A DNA stretch of 64,000 nucleotides, from NCBI GenBank assembly GCA_039798785.1, contig JBDKFG010000009.1, positions 1 to 64,000 on the forward strand, in the 5' to 3' direction. The position numbers and the translations under genes were made by a program. This stretch comes from Verrucomicrobiota bacterium (GTDB taxonomy: Bacteria; Verrucomicrobiota; Lentisphaeria; Lentisphaerales; Lentisphaeraceae). The notes under the pieces were generated by a model, which saw only the letters and a program-made list of their open reading frames with translations, was not told where the DNA came from and searched no databases. Positions 61,601-64,000 of this stretch are shown piece after piece (positions within the stretch are counted from its first letter, which is position 1; each line of letters begins with the position of its first letter).

Positions 61601-64000
61601 GCTGCCAGGTGTTGTCGAGGGCGCTGGTGTTGACGACGATGTCGGCGTTGGCATCGATCGATTTCTTGTTGTAGCCGGCGTTGCCGTCGATGCGGAGGTA
61701 GCCGACCAGATGCTCCATCGAATTTTGACGGGAGATGACTTCGTTGTTGATCAGGTCGGTGCTGCTGTTCAGGTTGACGGTGTCGTCGCCGGCGTCGAGG
61801 AGGATGAAGGTGTCGGTGTTGATGTGGGTGCTGACGACGTCGACGCGGTCGTCACCGGAGCCGGTGAAGAGGTTGAGGAAATCGATGTCGTTGTAAGTGA
61901 TGCGGCGGAGGTTGCCGCTCGAATCCAGCAGGCTGATCCGGTTGTTCTCGAGCACCATCCGGGTGCCGGCAGTGTTCTTGTCGTCGTTGAATTCAAGATA
62001 GTTGTAGTGGACGCCGTCGGTATTGCCGCCGCCGCCACCACCGCCACCACCGCCACCAGCGTCGCCGCCTTCGACTGAGACGTCAGCCTGGATGCCGGAG
62101 ATGAGGCCGGAGTTCTGGGTCATGATGACCGGTATCACTGGCAAGGCAGTGTGCGGACGCGACAAGGTGTAGGTCAGGTATTCCTGGCCGAGGCCGTTGA
62201 ATTGGGTGCCGGGGGCGGGGGGCACGGCGGCGATGACGGTGATGCCGGCGATGACGGGGACGCCGAAGCCGAGACTGGTGTTGTTGGTCCAGATGCCGCG
62301 GTTGAGGTTGTCTTGCGGGTTCAGGTTGTCGTCTGCCTGGTTGTCGTCGATCAGAGCGTTGGCCAGATCAAGGAGCCATTGCTGCCATTCGTCTGGAGCT
62401 TCCGCGCCGAGCTTGACGAAGTCGCTTCCGGTGCCAGTGAGACCGGCATCGATGCTAGTGGTGGCACCTGCGTCGATGGCACGGACGTAGATTTCGTCGT
62501 CGTCGCCTTCCGTAGTGATGGTGGTGATGGTGTCGGTGTGGTCGACGAAGATGCGGTCTTTGTCAGAGGCGTTGACGACAGTATTGTTAGAGTCGCGGAG
62601 ATCGCCATGGATGGTGAGGGAGGTGGGGTTGGTGAGAGTGCCGACATCACCGACACGGATCTGGTCGTCGCCTTCTTCACCGGCGATGAGGAGGAAGCCG
62701 GTGCCGGCCAGGACTTCGCCGATGTCGACGACGTCATCGCCGCTGTCCATGGTGATGGTGACCCGGGCGTTGGCCTGGATGAGGTCGACGAAGATGCGGT
62801 CATTGCCTTCGGTGGGGAGGGTCAGGTCCGTGTTGTCACCTTGGAAATTGACGGTGCCATGCAGGCTCTTGGCGATGACGGTGTCGTCGCCCTGGTTGCC
62901 GACGATGTTGGTGATGCCATCAAAGGTGTCTTCGATGAAGACTCGGTCGTTGTTTTGGCCGAGAAGGAGGTTTAGGACGGACTGGGTGGCATCGTAGTAG
63001 ATGACGTTGCCGATGCCGTTGGCTGAGCGGCCCGAGCCGGTGATGCTGCCGTAGTTGATGCCGGGGATGATGACGCCGTTGACGTCGCGCGCCGGAGCGG
63101 TGACGACGAAGGTGTTGGGGGCGGTGTTGTTGGAGTCGTCGACGGTGAGGATGTTGTTGCCTCCGCTGACGCTGTTGACGGTGACGTTGGCGAAGATGCC
63201 TTCGATGCCGTAGCGGGCTTCGGTCTGGATGCCGGCGATGTTGAGGAAGGCGGGATCCTGGGCGAATTTTTCGGAGGCGTGAGGCAGGAGTTCGACGTCG
63301 GTGGAGACTCCGTTGACGATGCCGGTGCCGGACTTGACCTCGTTGCTGCCAGCGTCGGCGTTGATCACGAGGGTGCGAGCGATGGTGGAATTGGAGTCGC
63401 GGAAGAGCGGGGCGTCGGCGCTGTCGTCACCTTCAAAGACCCCGACAAGGTTGAGGATGTCATCGGCGGCGCCGAAGTTGACCACCATGTCGTCGAAGTC
63501 GAAGTAGCGGAGGCTGCCTGCGTTGATGTCATTGCCGGTGTCCGGAGTCACCGGATTGGTGTTCCCCGGGAGGATGGCGCCTTGCAGCTGGACCTGAGCA
63601 TCATCGTCAGTGCGGTCGATGCCGAAGCCGTCGATCTGGGTGTTGGAGATCCGTCCGGTGTTTATGCCGCTGGCATAGACGTCGTGGAGGACGATGAGGT
63701 CATCGCCGGTTTCGTCCCAGGTGTTGATCGAGGTCGGAACGCCTGCCGTGCTGGCATCGGCGGTGTTGTCGGTGACCAGGGTGCGGAAGTCGACGATGGA
63801 TTGCAGGTTGTAGCCGGCGTTGGCGTCGAGGCGCAGGAAGCCGTCAAGGGCGGCGAGGGTGCGGGAGTTGTCGCTGAGCCCGGTGATGACGAAATCGGCA
63901 TCGTCATGGAAGCCGAGGTTGATTTCATCGGCGCCCTGGTCGAGGAGGACGAAGGTGTCGGTGGTCTGGTTGGCCGAGAGGATGTCGATCTGGTCGGCCG
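55683..64000 (-). CDS. Giant repetitive secreted/surface protein (Asp/Gly/Asn/Thr-rich, RTX-like GxGxD turns); 5' end lies beyond the window
   Basis: Frame continues upstream of the track start 63551 with in-register repeat motifs (GRISNTQIDGFGI at 63618-63656; ..TDTFVLLDQGADEINLG.. near the window end); >2,700 aa in the window. Confidence 0.9.
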   Translation of the reverse strand, partial: ADQIDILSANQTTDTFVLLDQGADEINLGFHDDADFVITGLSDNSRTLAALDGFLRLDANAGYNLQSIVDFRTLVTDNTADASTAGVPTSINTWDETGDDLIVLHDVYASGINTGRISNTQIDGFGIDRTDDDAQVQLQGAILPGNTNPVTPDTGNDINAGSLRYFDFDDMVVNFGAADDILNLVGVFEGDDSADAPLFRDSNSTIARTLVINADAGSNEVKSGTGIVNGVSTDVELLPHASEKFAQDPAFLNIAGIQTEARYGIEGIFANVTVNSVSGGNNILTVDDSNNTAPNTFVVTAPARDVNGVIIPGINYGSITGSGRSANGIGNVIYYDATQSVLNLLLGQNNDRVFIEDTFDGITNIVGNQGDDTVIAKSLHGTVNFQGDNTDLTLPTEGNDRIFVDLIQANARVTITMDSGDDVVDIGEVLAGTGFLLIAGEEGDDQIRVGDVGTLTNPTSLTIHGDLRDSNNTVVNASDKDRIFVDHTDTITTITTEGDDDEIYVRAIDAGATTSIDAGLTGTGSDFVKLGAEAPDEWQQWLLDLANALIDDNQADDNLNPQDNLNRGIWTNNTSLGFGVPVIAGITVIAAVPPAPGTQFNGLGQEYLTYTLSRPHTALPVIPVIMTQNSGLISGIQADVSVEGGDAGGGGGGGGGGGNTDGVHYNYLEFNDDKNTAGTRMVLENNRISLLDSSGNLRRITYNDIDFLNLFTGSGDDRVDVVSTHINTDTFILLDAGDDTVNLNSSTDLINNEVISRQNSMEHLVGYLRIDGNAGYNKKSIDANADIVVNTSALDNTWQRAGYDTLNLVNTSVETDGRISNTQIDGFGIDRDDTDRSQPADSGSLRYYDFDRMNVNLGGFNDKLSIVGVFDSGIATADESVADAKQGTAVSSKHRQLILNTGEGNDSVSLGVGSYFRGAADDNNGISKTDIDSLPIADDINDASNLSRVHADVIVNAGMGDDSLYIDDSTDIALNTGYMTASYVAGLGRSNRDGAGDGDTENDVAILYDTDIENLSLYLGQNSDRLFIESTFANNTTIIGNGGGDAFLANTLNGTVTIEGDSSLQNLSQLDGAIFAMNATVVEGDDHFFISTVAGSAVVTLSGDRGDDIFDVHTVGLRARLAISGEEGDDGVRIENIMSQATVNVDGDGRDLNNRVSSASDKDIVFVDFNGGTLSVDTGSDNDRIYLRGNDVYGTANLQAGSSRNSFDNEADTSERADLQSIDDVTNIVELDFIKIGAEAPNQWQDRLVNLENGHVNDGSANGYLGRGTDLSAYNDGGATWVAASGTGLDGAWNGSTSAWRNAEGDAALAAATEDAHSENVGDLSDLRGTVNIDGGDQNNRNYLEINDSGVQAQRDLVLDDDRVTIVHSSNLGRINYLNIDFLNLFLSQGDDRIDVTSTHDQTDTFILGGSGDDSIILGASSTLINDENYQDGTLNHIRGYLNLQANAGYNRTFITRPEDFELDTLTPMVSIASELAGASHPKNSWTLGGYDSITLNAQGNLNFLSEGRISNSQIDGFGIERQDTDLVSDSSVTEATDKGGLRYFDFDKMTVNLSNARDILHVYGVFESAIDRDDESKADIKQGSAQQSIKRQLIVNTNSGDDVITLGVGTYSEGASGTNGISKPDITQLPAIDAINDSSSLDRIFADVTLDAGFGNDSLHVDDSADSKVNTGTLSATAITGLGRNDRNNDNAAENDNAVNINYGLNLESLNIYLGTQGDRLFVTDTFANSTAIFGNGGADAILVTRLSGTVDIHGDSSTQNLAAVNSMLNYVTTNVLEEDDSIFIDDISADAVVTIGGDRGDDLISVGTIAYGSGSVSISGEEGDDQIRVLSAASPLSIYGDGRDSINADTTATDNDRISIGSASAATLVNAAGGSDEVYLKANSGAGSVSIDTGVTPFAGRDFVKLGAEAPSQWISWLAAVESARSFNPELIKGGSGISFVSMAALVQSSGDLAGIRANVDVKGSDLVSTVNGNYLELNDDAATSGRKLVVESNRITLVHNAAASDTDAGNKPRITYSDIDFLNLFSGNFDDQVDIVSTQLNTDTFVLLDEGDDTVNLGSSTALIGNEVAAVLNSLQYLNGYLRIDGNAGYKNQSIDQHDDLVLSGTGGANNTWKQLGYDTVNLNNSGTLTSNGRISNTQIDGFGIARDDLDGSQDAGDGSLRYFDFDKMGVVLGGGADILKVVGVFESATLNRDESIADLKQGTATQTAQRLLNIDGGAGNDAITLGVGSYSGGASGINGISKADIAGLPAVDGLTDASGLNNIFANVSVVSGLGTDSLHIDDSTDTKVNTGTLSATSISGLGRNDRTGDGLADNDNNVGINYSTDTENFNLYLGANNDRLFITDTFANNSNIYGNGGSDAFLATLLRGRVDIQGDSSVQNLAALDAAVTGIIATVSEATDYIFVKTVAAGATVNLSGDAGNDVIDVTTVALGTGSLTISGEEGDDQIRVEAAGSTTTIYGDNRDANNPPVTASDKDRIFVDTATAVTKIYGGGDNDNLYLRANSGSGAVTLDGGTGTDGVKLGAEAPTQWQTWLVNLATALGSQSTTVNGGSIANVTMATLTANVSNMAAITASVTQVGNETAALMQAGPVAKTATAPGLVAAAASPVLGGIAQDLQLGHEEEKWSSYGSQEYRVFAGFDAEEVFVDNYLAPVKPAAAPVLPSYKAAAPLRFQSFANGVSGQETSLLTGSFQVLPALPSDEEIDQRLREELRKSFELSPESQQQEQPPAREAAPAEEPEDGKPEEPKAEKSGWKRSLESVLSFFFKL

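Noticed and set aside
63552..64000. Track start at 63551 and separate 88-aa ORF 63662-63928
   Set aside because: The giant-protein frame continues with in-register repeat motifs toward the window end; the small ORF is an off-frame artefact

Overview
High-GC bacterial chromosomal window, most consistent with the PVC superphylum and probably Lentisphaerota. That assignment is inferred from a prepilin 'FTLIEL...LLKARQK...CGNNQHQI' gene, a Ser/Thr kinase with LRRs, a GH29 fucosidase and Sel1 proteins. About 48 CDS, 2 tRNAs (Trp-CCA, Leu-GAG) and several palindromic intergenic repeat families were found. Housekeeping genes (truA, dnaG, tgt, ftsW-murG, folC, ppx-ppk1, actP) alternate with accessory genes. 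Most notable: (1) a 903-aa adenosine-deaminase-like + SLOG + Nudix fusion next to a low-GC gene tail and a PD-(D/E)XK remnant, a candidate nucleotide-signalling or conflict enzyme; (2) a GxxExxY (PD-(D/E)XK-like) gene bracketed by two long hairpins of 10-bp repeats between larB and folC, resembling a nuclease/REP-like mobile cassette; (3) a giant (>2,700 aa, 5'-truncated) Asp/Gly/Asn-rich protein with 630-700-aa super-repeats, followed by a site-2-protease(M50)-HlyD fusion; (4) a Ser/Thr kinase with WNK-like relocation of the catalytic lysine; (5) an mglA-mglB polarity-GTPase operon; (6) duplicated acyltransferase genes, one OlsF-like, sharing an upstream motif. All family assignments come from motif recognition by eye; no searches were run.
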